Both the position numbers and the translations under genes were made by a program. From the sequence record PQ671644.1: DNA of 64,000 bases; one strand, given 5' to 3'. How positions within the stretch are numbered: position 1 is the first letter of the stretch; the number at the start of each line of letters is the position of its first letter. The notes below the pieces were generated by a model. The model was given only the letters and a program-made list of their open reading frames with translations. It had not been told where the DNA came from and ran no database searches. This stretch comes from Escherichia phage DCP80. Positions 17,832 to 27,033 of this stretch are shown here, in pieces.

Positions 17832-18143
17832 ATGCAAGCTCCAGATATTTCTCAACTGACCGATAAGCAGATTGAAGAAGCACAGGAACGTCTCGAAGAA
17901 GCGAACGCACTTGAAGCACGCAGTCAAGCAGCGAAGATTCTGAAAAAGAATGCTCGTGAAATTGCACGACTGAATAAGCATGCTCAAGGGGCAGTGCTGG
18001 AAAACAATTTTGAAGCATACAAATATGCTTTAGTTAAACTGCGTGGAATTTACCGCCAACCAGTTACGGAAGACCTGATTAAGTTGATGTGGGAAACTAC
18101 TCGCAAACAAATTTGGGAAATCGTAAATGGCATTAGTAAATAA
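17832..18143 (+). CDS. hypothetical protein
   Basis: 103-aa ORF upstream of gene 47. Confidence 0.45.
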   Translation: MQAPDISQLTDKQIEEAQERLEEANALEARSQAAKILKKNAREIARLNKHAQGAVLENNFEAYKYALVKLRGIYRQPVTEDLIKLMWETTRKQIWEIVNGISK

Positions 18144-18333
18144 ACCGTTTAAGCGGCTTCGTGTAGGGGCCGCTTTCAGATTTCGCTCATATGGTGATAT
18201 CTGTATCAAGCAGACCGAAACCGAATGTAAGCTCCTTGGCCCTTATGGTGTTCCAAAAGGTATTGTTAAAATTGAGCCGACATCCAAAGTTTGGGTGGAT
18301 TCACACCAACTTAAGAAATGGTGGCAACGATGA
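18127..18333 (+). CDS. hypothetical protein
   Basis: 68-aa ORF, basic. Confidence 0.4.
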   Translation: MALVNKPFKRLRVGAAFRFRSYGDICIKQTETECKLLGPYGVPKGIVKIEPTSKVWVDSHQLKKWWQR

Positions 18334-18390
18334 TAACATGGACAGCAGGCTAATGAAAGACGAATACGAAAAAGTTTAAGAGGTTGTATG

Positions 18391-18564
18391 AATGACGAAT
18401 TCGATGGATTTTGATAAGATTAAATCTGACAAAAATGAGATGTTGCTTAAATTTGAAGCCGCTCGTATTAAAGCAGAAAATGAAGGTACTATTACCTATA
18501 AGCCTATCAAGTTCAGGTCTTCTCATGAACCTCTGTATGGTGTATTAATTGGAAAGGAAGCCTA
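18391..18564 (+). CDS. small hypothetical protein
   Basis: 57-aa ORF translated by eye, ends inside terminator loop. Confidence 0.3.
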
Positions 18565-18578
18565 GTGCTTCCTTTTTT
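18556..18578 (+). terminator. rho-independent terminator
   Basis: GGAAGC-CTAGT-GCTTCC followed by TTTTTT. Confidence 0.55.
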
Positions 18579-18762
18579 GCTTTATATTCGGGATGATAAA
18601 ATGAACCAACTGAGGAGAACATATGGAATTATTTTTAGGATATGTCGTGCTATTCATGGCATTCTATACATTCACACGAGCTTGTTGGATAGGATTCTTT
18701 TCCACTCCTGACGGGTTCATTTCAATAATTTTATTTTGCATTGCGATAACGGTGCTTGGCTT

Positions 18763-19782
18763 ATGAAAATTTTAAATTTAGGTGATTGGCACTTGGGTGT
18801 CAAAGCTGACGACCCATGGGCTCAAAACATTCAACGCGATGGTATTTTACAGGCGATTGCGTATTCCAAAGCGAATGGGATTAAAGTCTGGATTCAATAT
18901 GGCGATATTTTTGACGTCCGTAAGGCCGTAACGCATAAGACGATGGAATTCAGCCGTGAGATTATGGAACTCCTTCGTGAAGCAGGAATTACTATGCACA
19001 CGATAGTCGGGAACCATGACATGAATCTGAAGAATAAGATTCATCCTAATGCTATCACTGAACTCCTGAATAAGTATGACCATGTTAAAATCTACGACAA
19101 GCCAACGACTGTTGATTTTGACGGTTGTCAGATTGATATGATTCCATGGATGTGTGACGAGAACGCAACTGACATTCACCAACATATCAAAACTTCTGGT
19201 GCTGAATATTGCATCGGTCACTGGGAATTAACCGGGTTTTATTTCTATAAAGGATTGAAATCCCACGGACTTGAGCCTGATTTCCTTAAGAAGTACAAGC
19301 AAGTTTGGTCTGGTCACTTCCACACAATTTCAGAAGCTGCGAACGTTAAGTACATAGGAACACCATGGACATTAACAGCAGGTGATGAGAACGACCCACG
19401 CGGGTTCTGGGAATTTGATACCGAAACCGAAGAGATGAAATTTATTCCGAATGAAACCACCTGGCATCGGAAGATTTTTTATCCAAACGAAACTATTAAC
19501 TACGACGACTTCAAAGACTTATCAGTCCGTGTTATTGTAGAAAAAGTCGATAAAGACCTGACCAAGTTCGAATCCGAATTAGAAAAGCGTGTGCATGAAT
19601 TGCGTGTTGTCAATAAGGTTGATAACAGTGTTGATACGACTGACTCCGAAGAAGAGTTAGACATAAAACGCTTAACTGATATGATGGCAGAATATATTGA
19701 TGCATTACCTGACACCAATGAGAAAGAATCAAAAGCTCTTAAAGCATTGGCCAACAAATTATATCTTGAGGTGCAACCGTGA
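18763..19782 (+). CDS. 47: recombination endonuclease subunit gp47 (Mre11-like)
   Basis: MKILNLGDWHLGVKADD...IQYGDIFDVRKA...HTIVGNHD...GHWELTGFYFYKGLKSHGLEPDFLKKYKQVWSGHFHTISEAANVKYIGTPWTLTAGDENDPRGFW matches recalled T4 gp47; track ORF starts at upstream TTG. Confidence 0.85.
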   Translation: MKILNLGDWHLGVKADDPWAQNIQRDGILQAIAYSKANGIKVWIQYGDIFDVRKAVTHKTMEFSREIMELLREAGITMHTIVGNHDMNLKNKIHPNAITELLNKYDHVKIYDKPTTVDFDGCQIDMIPWMCDENATDIHQHIKTSGAEYCIGHWELTGFYFYKGLKSHGLEPDFLKKYKQVWSGHFHTISEAANVKYIGTPWTLTAGDENDPRGFWEFDTETEEMKFIPNETTWHRKIFYPNETINYDDFKDLSVRVIVEKVDKDLTKFESELEKRVHELRVVNKVDNSVDTTDSEEELDIKRLTDMMAEYIDALPDTNEKESKALKALANKLYLEVQP

Positions 19783-20042
19783 AACTTTATGATTTTAATG
19801 AAGCGGGGCTTGAACATATCCGCGAATGTGATGTGGTTGACGACGATAATCAACCGAATACTATTAAGTATTGGTTTGAAGCTATCACTGACCGGGAAAC
19901 CGGTCAACTTATCAAAGTCTATGTAGTCACCGATTGGGCCGTAGAATTTAGTTTTAATGTAATGGAAGATGATACTCCAGAAACATTAATTCATATGGCT
20001 GAATCATGCATCAAGGATGCTTATAATGATGAAAATGTATAA
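19779..20042 (+). CDS. hypothetical protein
   Basis: 87-aa ORF between 47 and 46, overlapping stop/start. Confidence 0.45.
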   Translation: MKLYDFNEAGLEHIRECDVVDDDNQPNTIKYWFEAITDRETGQLIKVYVVTDWAVEFSFNVMEDDTPETLIHMAESCIKDAYNDENV

Positions 20043-20237
20043 ACATGATTTTCATATTGGCGATGGCTGGTTCGGTAATGTAGAATGGGACGTGGATGGT
20101 TCTTGGTATACCGGAACTATGTATGTCACTTCTGAATATTCTGAAGGTGTTTCATGGGCCATGGAACTTGACGACGTGTTTGCTTCTTCCGAAGAAATGC
20201 TAGAATATGCTGAACAAACAATTCGTGAGAACAATAC

Positions 20238-21920
20238 ATGAAAACGTTTAAGCTAAAGAAAGTAACGTATAAAAATATTATGTCTGTAGGCCAGCAGCCT
20301 ATTACAATCCAACTTGATAAGGTCCAAAAGACCTTAGTCACTGGTAAAAATGGCGCTGGTAAATCGACATTCCTTGAAGCTGTTACTTTTGCTTTATTTG
20401 GTAAGCCTTTTCGTGATGTTAAGAAAGGGCAATTAATTAACTCAAGTAACAAGAAAGACCTTTTGGTCGAACTGTGGATGGAATATGATGGAAAAGAATA
20501 CTATATCAAGCGCGGGCAAAAACCCAACGTTTTTGAAATCTCTTGTGGCGGTGAACGTCTTGATGAATCTGCCAGCAGTAAAGACTTCCAAGCGGAATTT
20601 GAACAGCTCATCGGAATGTCCTATGCGAGCTTCAAACAGATTGTCGTACTCGGCACAGCTGGATATACCCCTTTTATGGGCCTATCCACTCCTGCAAGAA
20701 GAAAACTTGTCGAAGACCTTTTAGAGGTTTCTGTACTGGCCGATATGGATAAGCTGAACAAATCTCTTATCCGTGAAGTCAATAGTCAAATCCAGGTGAT
20801 GGATGTGCAGCATGACGGGATTGTTCAACAGATTAAAATCTATCAGGACAACGAAGACCGTCAAAGAAAATTATCAGGCGATAATCTGTTGCGACTGCAA
20901 ACGATGTATGATGAACTTGCCACAGAAGCACGTGGAATCAAGGCAACTATCGAAGAAGCAACGACAAGACTGACCGAGATAATCTTGGGAGAAGACCCTG
21001 AGCACGAACTCACAAAGTTAAAGCAGGAATCATTCCTGATTAAATCGAAGATTGACGATTATCGAAAGGTTGTTGGTCTGTACGAGAAAGGTGGTTGTTG
21101 TCAGACCTGTGCTAGTCAGTTGCATCCAGGAGACCCTATTGTCGCCAGGATTGAGTCAAAGATTGAAGAATGTAATGCATCGGCTGATAAGCATAAAGCT
21201 CGCCAGAATGCTGTTCAGGAGCAATTTGATGCGTATACCAAGGCAAGACAAAACCAGCGTACAATAGCTCAAGACATTCAAACCAAGAAACAAACCTTAG
21301 TCCAGACTGTCGAAAAAGCTAAAAAGGTTAAAGCATTAATCGAGCAAGCCAAGTCAGAATTCATCGACCATGCAGCAGACATTAAAATGCTTCAAGACCA
21401 GCTTGATAAAATAGTCAAACAGAAATCTGACCTTGTGATGGAAAAATATCAACGTGGCATCCTAACGGATATGTTGAAAGATTCCGGTATCAAAGGTGCG
21501 ATTATTAAGAAATATATTCCTATCTTTAATAAGCAGATAAACGCTTACCTTAAAGTTATGGAAGCTGATTATAGTTTTACGTTAGATGAAGAGTTCAACG
21601 AAACGATTAAATCTCGTGGACGTGAAGACTTCAGCTATGCATCATTTAGCCAGGGTGAAAAAGCTCGTATCGATATTGCATTGCTGTTTACATGGCGTGA
21701 TATTGCTGCGAAAGTATCTGGTGTTAATATTAACACCTTGATTCTGGATGAAGTTTTTGACTCGGCCACCGATGTAGAGGGTGTTAAAGCAATTGCTACC
21801 ATCCTGAACAAATTGGAAGACACCAACATCTTTATTATCAGTCACCGAGACCATGACCCGGAAGCATACGGGCAACATCTCCAGATGAAAAAAGTTGGTC
21901 GATTCACTGTTATGGAATAA
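20238..21920 (+). CDS. 46: recombination endonuclease subunit gp46 (Rad50/SbcC-like ATPase)
   Basis: 560 aa; Walker A GKNGAGKST, ...GKPFRDVKKGQLINSSNKK..., C-terminal FSQGEKARIDIALLFTWRDIA...LILDEVFD match recalled T4 gp46. Confidence 0.9.
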   Translation: MKTFKLKKVTYKNIMSVGQQPITIQLDKVQKTLVTGKNGAGKSTFLEAVTFALFGKPFRDVKKGQLINSSNKKDLLVELWMEYDGKEYYIKRGQKPNVFEISCGGERLDESASSKDFQAEFEQLIGMSYASFKQIVVLGTAGYTPFMGLSTPARRKLVEDLLEVSVLADMDKLNKSLIREVNSQIQVMDVQHDGIVQQIKIYQDNEDRQRKLSGDNLLRLQTMYDELATEARGIKATIEEATTRLTEIILGEDPEHELTKLKQESFLIKSKIDDYRKVVGLYEKGGCCQTCASQLHPGDPIVARIESKIEECNASADKHKARQNAVQEQFDAYTKARQNQRTIAQDIQTKKQTLVQTVEKAKKVKALIEQAKSEFIDHAADIKMLQDQLDKIVKQKSDLVMEKYQRGILTDMLKDSGIKGAIIKKYIPIFNKQINAYLKVMEADYSFTLDEEFNETIKSRGREDFSYASFSQGEKARIDIALLFTWRDIAAKVSGVNINTLILDEVFDSATDVEGVKAIATILNKLEDTNIFIISHRDHDPEAYGQHLQMKKVGRFTVME

Positions 21921-22146
21921 TGCTTTAAACAAGGATGTTATAATAGAGGCTATTATGGCTGACTTCTTAACCGGGCAGCATTTACTGGCTGTCCCTGAAA
22001 TTAAACGGTATGTGTTAGTTAATACCTTTTCGAAAGATGAACACCTTGTTACTGAACGTGACTTACAAAACGCTTTCGGTGAAGAATATGTTAAAATAAT
22101 CGCGAACAGACACAATGCCTGGTTCGCATATGAATACTTTGATTAA
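21895..22146 (+). CDS. hypothetical protein
   Basis: 83-aa ORF between 46 and 45. Confidence 0.4.
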   Translation: MVDSLLWNNALNKDVIIEAIMADFLTGQHLLAVPEIKRYVLVNTFSKDEHLVTERDLQNAFGEEYVKIIANRHNAWFAYEYFD

Positions 22147-22578
22147 TTGATAATGAATAGAGAGAATATTATGAACAACGTAACTGCTAAAGATATCCAA
22201 GTTAAAACCATCCGCACCGACGCTAACCCACATAACCAAAACCGCATCCGCAAATCCTGGGTCCTGGCGTGTGATGAAGTATCTGCCACCCGTCTGCAGT
22301 CTCTGCCGCAAGAAGTTAAATTCATGTTGTATGGTGTTATCGATACTGATGTATCTGATAAGTGGATTGAACTGATGCAACGTCATTACAACGATTCACT
22401 GGCTGCTGGTGCTAAACTGGTTATCGACCGTGACGGTTCCGAACGTCTTGAAGATGATTACTGTGTTAACTCTGACGACCATCTGGTGCAAGCTGGTTCT
22501 ATTATTGCTGCGCAACTTCCAGAGTATATTGAATCTCTTCCGGAAGCTATCCACAAACAAATGGCAGTTGTTGCTTAA
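22147..22578 (+). CDS. hypothetical protein, RpbA-like by position only
   Basis: 143-aa ORF in the position T4 rpbA occupies upstream of gene 45; sequence identity not verified. Confidence 0.4.
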   Translation: MIMNRENIMNNVTAKDIQVKTIRTDANPHNQNRIRKSWVLACDEVSATRLQSLPQEVKFMLYGVIDTDVSDKWIELMQRHYNDSLAAGAKLVIDRDGSERLEDDYCVNSDDHLVQAGSIIAAQLPEYIESLPEAIHKQMAVVA

Positions 22579-22608
22579 TTAATTTTGATTTGAATAAAAG
22601 GTAATTAA

Positions 22609-23304
22609 ATGAAATTCTCTAAAGACACTATCGCAGTTTTGAAAAACTTCACCTCCATCTACTCTGGCATTATGCTTAAACCAGGCAATACCATCCTGAC
22701 TCGTTCTGTAACTGGAGCGTCATATGGCGAATCCGAAATCAATGATACAATTGACTTTGAAGCTGCGATTTATGACCTGAACGGCTTCTTAAGTATCCTG
22801 GGCCTGGTAACTGACCAAGCTGAAGTATCTCTGGCTGAAGACGCATCAAATATCATTATCAAAGACCAACGTTCAACGATTCACTGGCCTGCGGCTGACC
22901 CGAGCACTATCGTGTTCCCTGCTAAGAAGATTCCTTTCCCGGTAGCTAAGGTTATCTTCGACCTGAAAGGCAGTGACCTGCAGCAGCTTCTGCGTGTGGC
23001 TGGTGGTTTGTCTCTGGACACTTTTGCAATCACCAACAAAGACGGTAAGATTGTTATCCATGGTTATAACCAGCTCGAAGATAAAGAATTAGCGCGTCCA
23101 TTGTATTCCCTGGTGTGTGGTGATTACGAAGGCGATGCAGCGTTTAAATTTATCATTAACAAACTGAACATGAAAATGATTCCGGCTGATTACCGTGTTA
23201 TGCTTTGGGCAAAAGATGATAAATTTGCTACGAAGTTTGAAGGCACACAAGCAAGCTATGTGATTGCAATGGAACAAGGCTCTAGCCACGAATTCCAAGA
23301 TTAA
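22609..23304 (+). CDS. 45: sliding clamp gp45
   Basis: 231 aa; LKNFTSIYSGIMLK...IDFEAAIYDLNGFL...IHWPAADPSTIVFP...KIPFPVA...DLQQLLRV...WAKDDKFATKFEG matches recalled T4 gp45. Confidence 0.9.
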   Translation: MKFSKDTIAVLKNFTSIYSGIMLKPGNTILTRSVTGASYGESEINDTIDFEAAIYDLNGFLSILGLVTDQAEVSLAEDASNIIIKDQRSTIHWPAADPSTIVFPAKKIPFPVAKVIFDLKGSDLQQLLRVAGGLSLDTFAITNKDGKIVIHGYNQLEDKELARPLYSLVCGDYEGDAAFKFIINKLNMKMIPADYRVMLWAKDDKFATKFEGTQASYVIAMEQGSSHEFQD

Positions 23305-23307
23305 TAA

Positions 23308-23325
23308 ATGGGGCTTCGGCCCCAT
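23308..23325 (+). promoter_or_regulatory. C(UUCG)G tetraloop RNA hairpin between genes 45 and 44
   Basis: ATGGGGC-TTCG-GCCCCAT, no U-run. Confidence 0.45.
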
Positions 23326-23360
23326 GGAGTACAAAGTAGAAACTAATATGAGGAAAATAT

Positions 23361-24320
23361 ATGTTAACGGTTAATGACAAAGAATTCATGTGGGAACAAA
23401 AATACCGCCCAGGTACATTATCAGAGTGTATTCTCCCGGCTCATGATAAAGAAACATTAGAGGCGATTGTTAAAAAAGGTTTGATTCCTAACTTGATTCT
23501 GGTCAGTAGTTCCCCTGGTACTGGTAAGACAACAGTTGCAAAAGCTATGTGCGCAGATACGAATTCTGATATGCTGTTTGTTAACGGCTCCGATTGCCGA
23601 ATTGACTTTGTGCGTAATGAATTGACTCGCTTTGCATCATCCAAATCAATCGAAGGTCGCCGTAAGGTAATTGTTATCGATGAGTTCGACCGTGCAGGTC
23701 TGGCAGAATCACAACGGCATCTTCGTAGCTTTATGGAAGCTTATTCAAGCAACTGTTCAATCATTATGACCGCGAACAATATTGATGGCATCATCACTCC
23801 GTTGCAGTCTCGTTGTCGCGTCATTAAGTTTGGTGAAGCAACTCCGGCTGACCAGACTACCATGATGAAAGAGATGATTCATCGTGCAGTCGCGATATGT
23901 AAAAACGAAGGCGTTGAAATCGAAGACCTGAAAGTTGTTGCTGCTTTGGTTAAGCATAACTTCCCGGACCTGCGTAAGACAATTAATGAGCTTGACCGTT
24001 ACTCTGCAAAGGGTGTTATCGATTCCGGTATTCTAAGCATCGTGACAAACAATCGCACGCCAATTGATGATGTGATTGATGCCCTTAAGGACCGTAACTT
24101 TAAAGTTCTCCGTGGTCTGGCTCCTAAGCATGCAAATGATTATTCAAGCTTCATTGCAAAGCTGGCTGATGAAATGTATGGCAAACTGACTGGTGCAAGT
24201 ATTATCCGCATGTATGAGATTGTAGGTGAGAATAATCAGTATCATGGCATTGCAGCCAATACCGAAGTTCACTTGACTTATCTGTTTGCTCAACTGGCTG
24301 GGGAAATGAAATGGCTGTAA
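23361..24320 (+). CDS. 44: clamp loader large subunit gp44 (AAA+)
   Basis: 319 aa; WEQKYRP, Walker A SPGTGKTT, Walker B VIVIDEFDR, sensor SRC; synteny 45-44-62. Confidence 0.9.
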   Translation: MLTVNDKEFMWEQKYRPGTLSECILPAHDKETLEAIVKKGLIPNLILVSSSPGTGKTTVAKAMCADTNSDMLFVNGSDCRIDFVRNELTRFASSKSIEGRRKVIVIDEFDRAGLAESQRHLRSFMEAYSSNCSIIMTANNIDGIITPLQSRCRVIKFGEATPADQTTMMKEMIHRAVAICKNEGVEIEDLKVVAALVKHNFPDLRKTINELDRYSAKGVIDSGILSIVTNNRTPIDDVIDALKDRNFKVLRGLAPKHANDYSSFIAKLADEMYGKLTGASIIRMYEIVGENNQYHGIAANTEVHLTYLFAQLAGEMKWL

Positions 24321-24742
24321 GTCTCTTTGATGATGACGTTCAATTAAACGAACATGAGGTTGCGTGGAAATCACGCGACTTTAACAAAATTCAGGAATTG
24401 TCCGATTCATACAAAGAGAAAGCAGAAAATGAATTGTTCGCGATTCTTAACGACATAACCGTTAGCAAAAAACCACGGAACCTGATTCAATCGGAAAACT
24501 ACAATAAATTCTGGCTGGACAATGCCTTGAGTCAACATGTCGATTGCATCATGCAGGTGAACGTGATGAACTTAATCGGTTCTGGATTAACAGACCAACA
24601 GCATTATAATTATTTGCTGCATGCGGTTCCACAAGGCAAGCGTTATGGCAAATGGGCGAAGGCTGAACCGGATGTAGTCAGCGTCCAGCTTGTGTTAAAG
24701 CTTTTGATGAAATATTATACAATTAATGCAGATGATGCTTTG
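24311..24742 (+). CDS. 62: clamp loader small subunit gp62, 3' end lost in gap
   Basis: MAVSLFDDDVQLNEHEVAW...KEKAENE...MNLIGSGL...NYLLHAVPQGKRYGKWAK matches recalled T4 gp62; ATG overlaps gp44 stop. Confidence 0.8.
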
Positions 24743-24760
24743 NNNNNNNNNNNNNNNNNN
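24743..24760. other. assembly gap (N-run)
   Basis: 18 Ns; strand and gene content switch across it. Confidence 0.95.
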
Positions 24761-24910
24761 ACGAATCTGACGTTTAGTCGGTCGCGCAACGTAAGCTTGT
24801 GTAGTTACTCGTCCAAAAACACCATACTTAGGCGAAGGAGTATCAATAAAGACTTCCCACTGGCAAGAGTAGCTATATATTGCTTTAGAGAATTGGGTCA
24901 AAACAAACAT
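24761..24910 (-). CDS. hypothetical protein, 3' end lost in gap
   Basis: MFVLTQFSKAIYSYS...; ATG embedded in TTAATATG junction with upstream gene. Confidence 0.4.
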
Positions 24911-24911
24911 A

Positions 24912-25271
24912 TTAACCTCGCTTCATGAAGGCATTAAAAATCTGGTCATCAATATCAGTAGGCGGTTCTTGAGCTTTGACCCAAGCCCCTTCCAGAATGT
25001 CATTCGCTTCAGTAGATAACATGACCCCAATTTCGGGGTTTCCCGTTATCCAGGCGGCGCAATCACGTACATTCTTTTTATCAAATGGATAGCCACGAGT
25101 ATCTTCATAAGGTCCATTCATTACCAGGAATGAGCGAGCCTTTATGATAATATCATCTTTAACGATAATATAACCAATCGCTTGATTAAACTGAGGGTCG
25201 CGGAATTCATAATGAGCATTACCATCATTATTGCTCGCCAGTTCAAAATTCAGAAAATTGTAATCATTCAT
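24912..25271 (-). CDS. hypothetical protein with shared C-terminal module DDQIFNAFMKR
   Basis: 119-aa ORF; last 13 codons plus stop/start junction are nucleotide-identical to the end of the upstream gene. Confidence 0.5.
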   Translation of the reverse strand: MNDYNFLNFELASNNDGNAHYEFRDPQFNQAIGYIIVKDDIIIKARSFLVMNGPYEDTRGYPFDKKNVRDCAAWITGNPEIGVMLSTEANDILEGAWVKAQEPPTDIDDQIFNAFMKRG

Positions 25272-25272
25272 A

Positions 25273-25707
25273 TTAATCTCGCTTCATGAAGGCATTAAAA
25301 ATCTGGTCGTCAACTGAATATACAGGGGTTTCCAGAAGTTTCAAAAGACTGTTTTTGATGTACTTACCCGGGATACCCTTAACAATACTGTCATTCAACT
25401 CATTATCAGGGTTGATGTCTTTAAATTCAAACCCGTCAAACTCAACCTTGTCAGGAATACCGTCAGCGAAAAAATAAACCAATTGGTGCATTGTATTGCG
25501 CGAAAATAATTTAGACTTGACCGCAATAAGTTCTTGCCAATGGTTTAATTCTTTGTTAAGAAGTTTATGAGCAAACGTAATTCTATTATCACTATCAACA
25601 AGAAAATAACCCAGGTATTGAATCTCGTCGCTCCAAAACACCCTGTATGCCTGCGCATTTGGATTTTTACAACGAAGTTTTTTGATAACCAAATTTCTGT
25701 TAATCAT
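25273..25707 (-). CDS. hypothetical protein with shared C-terminal module DDQIFNAFMKR
   Basis: Probable start MINRNLVIKK at 25707, 1 nt after sp stop, GGTGA RBS; track ORF extends into sp. Confidence 0.5.
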   Translation of the reverse strand: MINRNLVIKKLRCKNPNAQAYRVFWSDEIQYLGYFLVDSDNRITFAHKLLNKELNHWQELIAVKSKLFSRNTMHQLVYFFADGIPDKVEFDGFEFKDINPDNELNDSIVKGIPGKYIKNSLLKLLETPVYSVDDQIFNAFMKRD

Positions 25708-25708
25708 T

Positions 25709-26002
25709 TTATTCACCTGTAACCCATTGAACAATTTTGCTATTGTCAAATGAAGCATCGCAATACAGAATATAGTTATACTGCATAACGTCACCAGAAG
25801 ACAATTGGTCAGATACTTCTTTAACCATATCAGGGCGGTCACGTTTGGTTATGTTCATGATATCAGCACGAATCTGGGTTTCAACTTCAGATTGCTCTGC
25901 TGTCATAGACCATTCACAAAGGTTTTTATCAAGCCCAGCAGTAACTGGAGCTGTACCACATGATGCTACGGTAAGAATTGCTGCAATAATTAACTTTTTC
26001 AT
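25709..26002 (-). CDS. sp: Spackle-like periplasmic protein (lysozyme inhibitor / superinfection exclusion)
   Basis: 97 aa; signal peptide MKKLIIAAILTVASC, then ...DKNLCEWSMTAEQSEVETQIRADIMNI...GDVMQYNYILYCD resembles recalled T4 Sp; lies between 41 and 61. Confidence 0.6.
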   Translation of the reverse strand: MKKLIIAAILTVASCGTAPVTAGLDKNLCEWSMTAEQSEVETQIRADIMNITKRDRPDMVKEVSDQLSSGDVMQYNYILYCDASFDNSKIVQWVTGE

Positions 26003-26062
26003 AATGTTCTCCTCAGTAGTTGATATGGATAATATACTGCATTATCCCTTTGATGTAAACTG

Positions 26063-26266
26063 TTATTTTTCGTTAGAACGATAATCACATTCAAAAACTT
26101 TATTGCCATTAACAAAGGCTTTAACCAGCGCATTATTCACTTCTGCATACTGCACTGTAACCCATTCAATCATATTTTTGTCACTGACATCCAGGGCGGT
26201 TTCTTTGGTAAACATATTACCATTTTCAAACCAACCAATAAACACTACGTTCTCTAATTTATACAT
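26063..26266 (-). CDS. dmd: Dmd-like antitoxin (discriminator of mRNA degradation)
   Basis: 67 aa; VVFIGWFENGNMFTKE...QYAEVNNALVKAFV resembles recalled T4 Dmd; synteny near sp. Confidence 0.5.
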   Translation of the reverse strand: MYKLENVVFIGWFENGNMFTKETALDVSDKNMIEWVTVQYAEVNNALVKAFVNGNKVFECDYRSNEK

Positions 26267-26584
26267 TTAGATTTCCTCACAAAACGCCCAAGCGGCGTGA
26301 TAAACTGTTGCGCCTTTAGTATCATTTAAACAAACCACGTCAACAGGTGCAATCACACGATAAAGACGGGGTTCTCCTCCATATGAGCGAGCTGCTCTTC
26401 CTGCATAGATACGCGCCAAACCAATATCTTCAGTAAAAAACACACGCCCTAAATTTTTCTTACGTCCAACTTCTGACAGAACACCAGTTGCATCAGGAGG
26501 ACAAAGCATATTTTGGATTCCAGCATTAGAGCTTGACCCATGATAATAAACTTTGTATTCTGCCTTGCAATCAATGGTTTTCAT
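26267..26584 (-). CDS. small protein with PARP-like NAD-binding motifs (candidate minimal ADP-ribosyltransferase-fold protein)
   Basis: 105 aa; YYHGSSSNAGI (H-G-S), GRVFFTEDIGLARIYAG (aromatic-rich strand), GGEPRLYRV (candidate catalytic E); motif-level only. Confidence 0.35.
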   Translation of the reverse strand: MKTIDCKAEYKVYYHGSSSNAGIQNMLCPPDATGVLSEVGRKKNLGRVFFTEDIGLARIYAGRAARSYGGEPRLYRVIAPVDVVCLNDTKGATVYHAAWAFCEEI

Positions 26585-26620
26585 TTTATTCTCCAGTAGT
26601 TGATAGAGTCATTATAACAT

Positions 26621-26644
26621 AAGAAAAAGGGGCTGTAAGCCCCT
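26621..26644 (-). terminator. rho-independent terminator
   Basis: Minus strand AGGGGC-TTACA-GCCCCT followed by TTTTTCTT. Confidence 0.5.
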
Positions 26645-26652
26645 TTGTTCAC

Positions 26653-26955
26653 TTACGCCAACTCATAGTTGTGCATAGTCAGACAACGAATTTTCCCAGT
26701 AGTTGGGTGCATAACAGTCACACTAATTGTGTAATCATCACACACGTTAACAAAAGGTTCAGCGATAACATATACTGCCCCACCCGCCAACAGGTATTCA
26801 CGAAGAGAGCTGCGAACAGATGAAGGTTGAACATCGCTTTTGAGCTTTATTAATTTACCAGTTTGAATGCCTGATGCGATAAGAGCAGCACAGTTTTCAT
26901 CACGGCGAGCGAATTGTCCAAAATAGTAACGATTCATGTCGGTTTGATTAAACAT
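26653..26955 (-). CDS. hypothetical protein
   Basis: 100-aa ORF. Confidence 0.45.
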   Translation of the reverse strand: MFNQTDMNRYYFGQFARRDENCAALIASGIQTGKLIKLKSDVQPSSVRSSLREYLLAGGAVYVIAEPFVNVCDDYTISVTVMHPTTGKIRCLTMHNYELA

Positions 26956-27033
26956 ATGGTTTTCCTTTTAACAGTTGGTTTATTGTGTAACTCAGTATGA
27001 AATCATTATGTCCTAAGACAAGGGGCTTGTACA

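Noticed and set aside
17832-18700. Alpha-glucosyltransferase expected upstream of gene 47
   Set aside because: Only small ORFs are present before gene 47 in this block. Absence cannot be interpreted because the block starts at a gap and glucosyltransferase content varies among T4-like phages.
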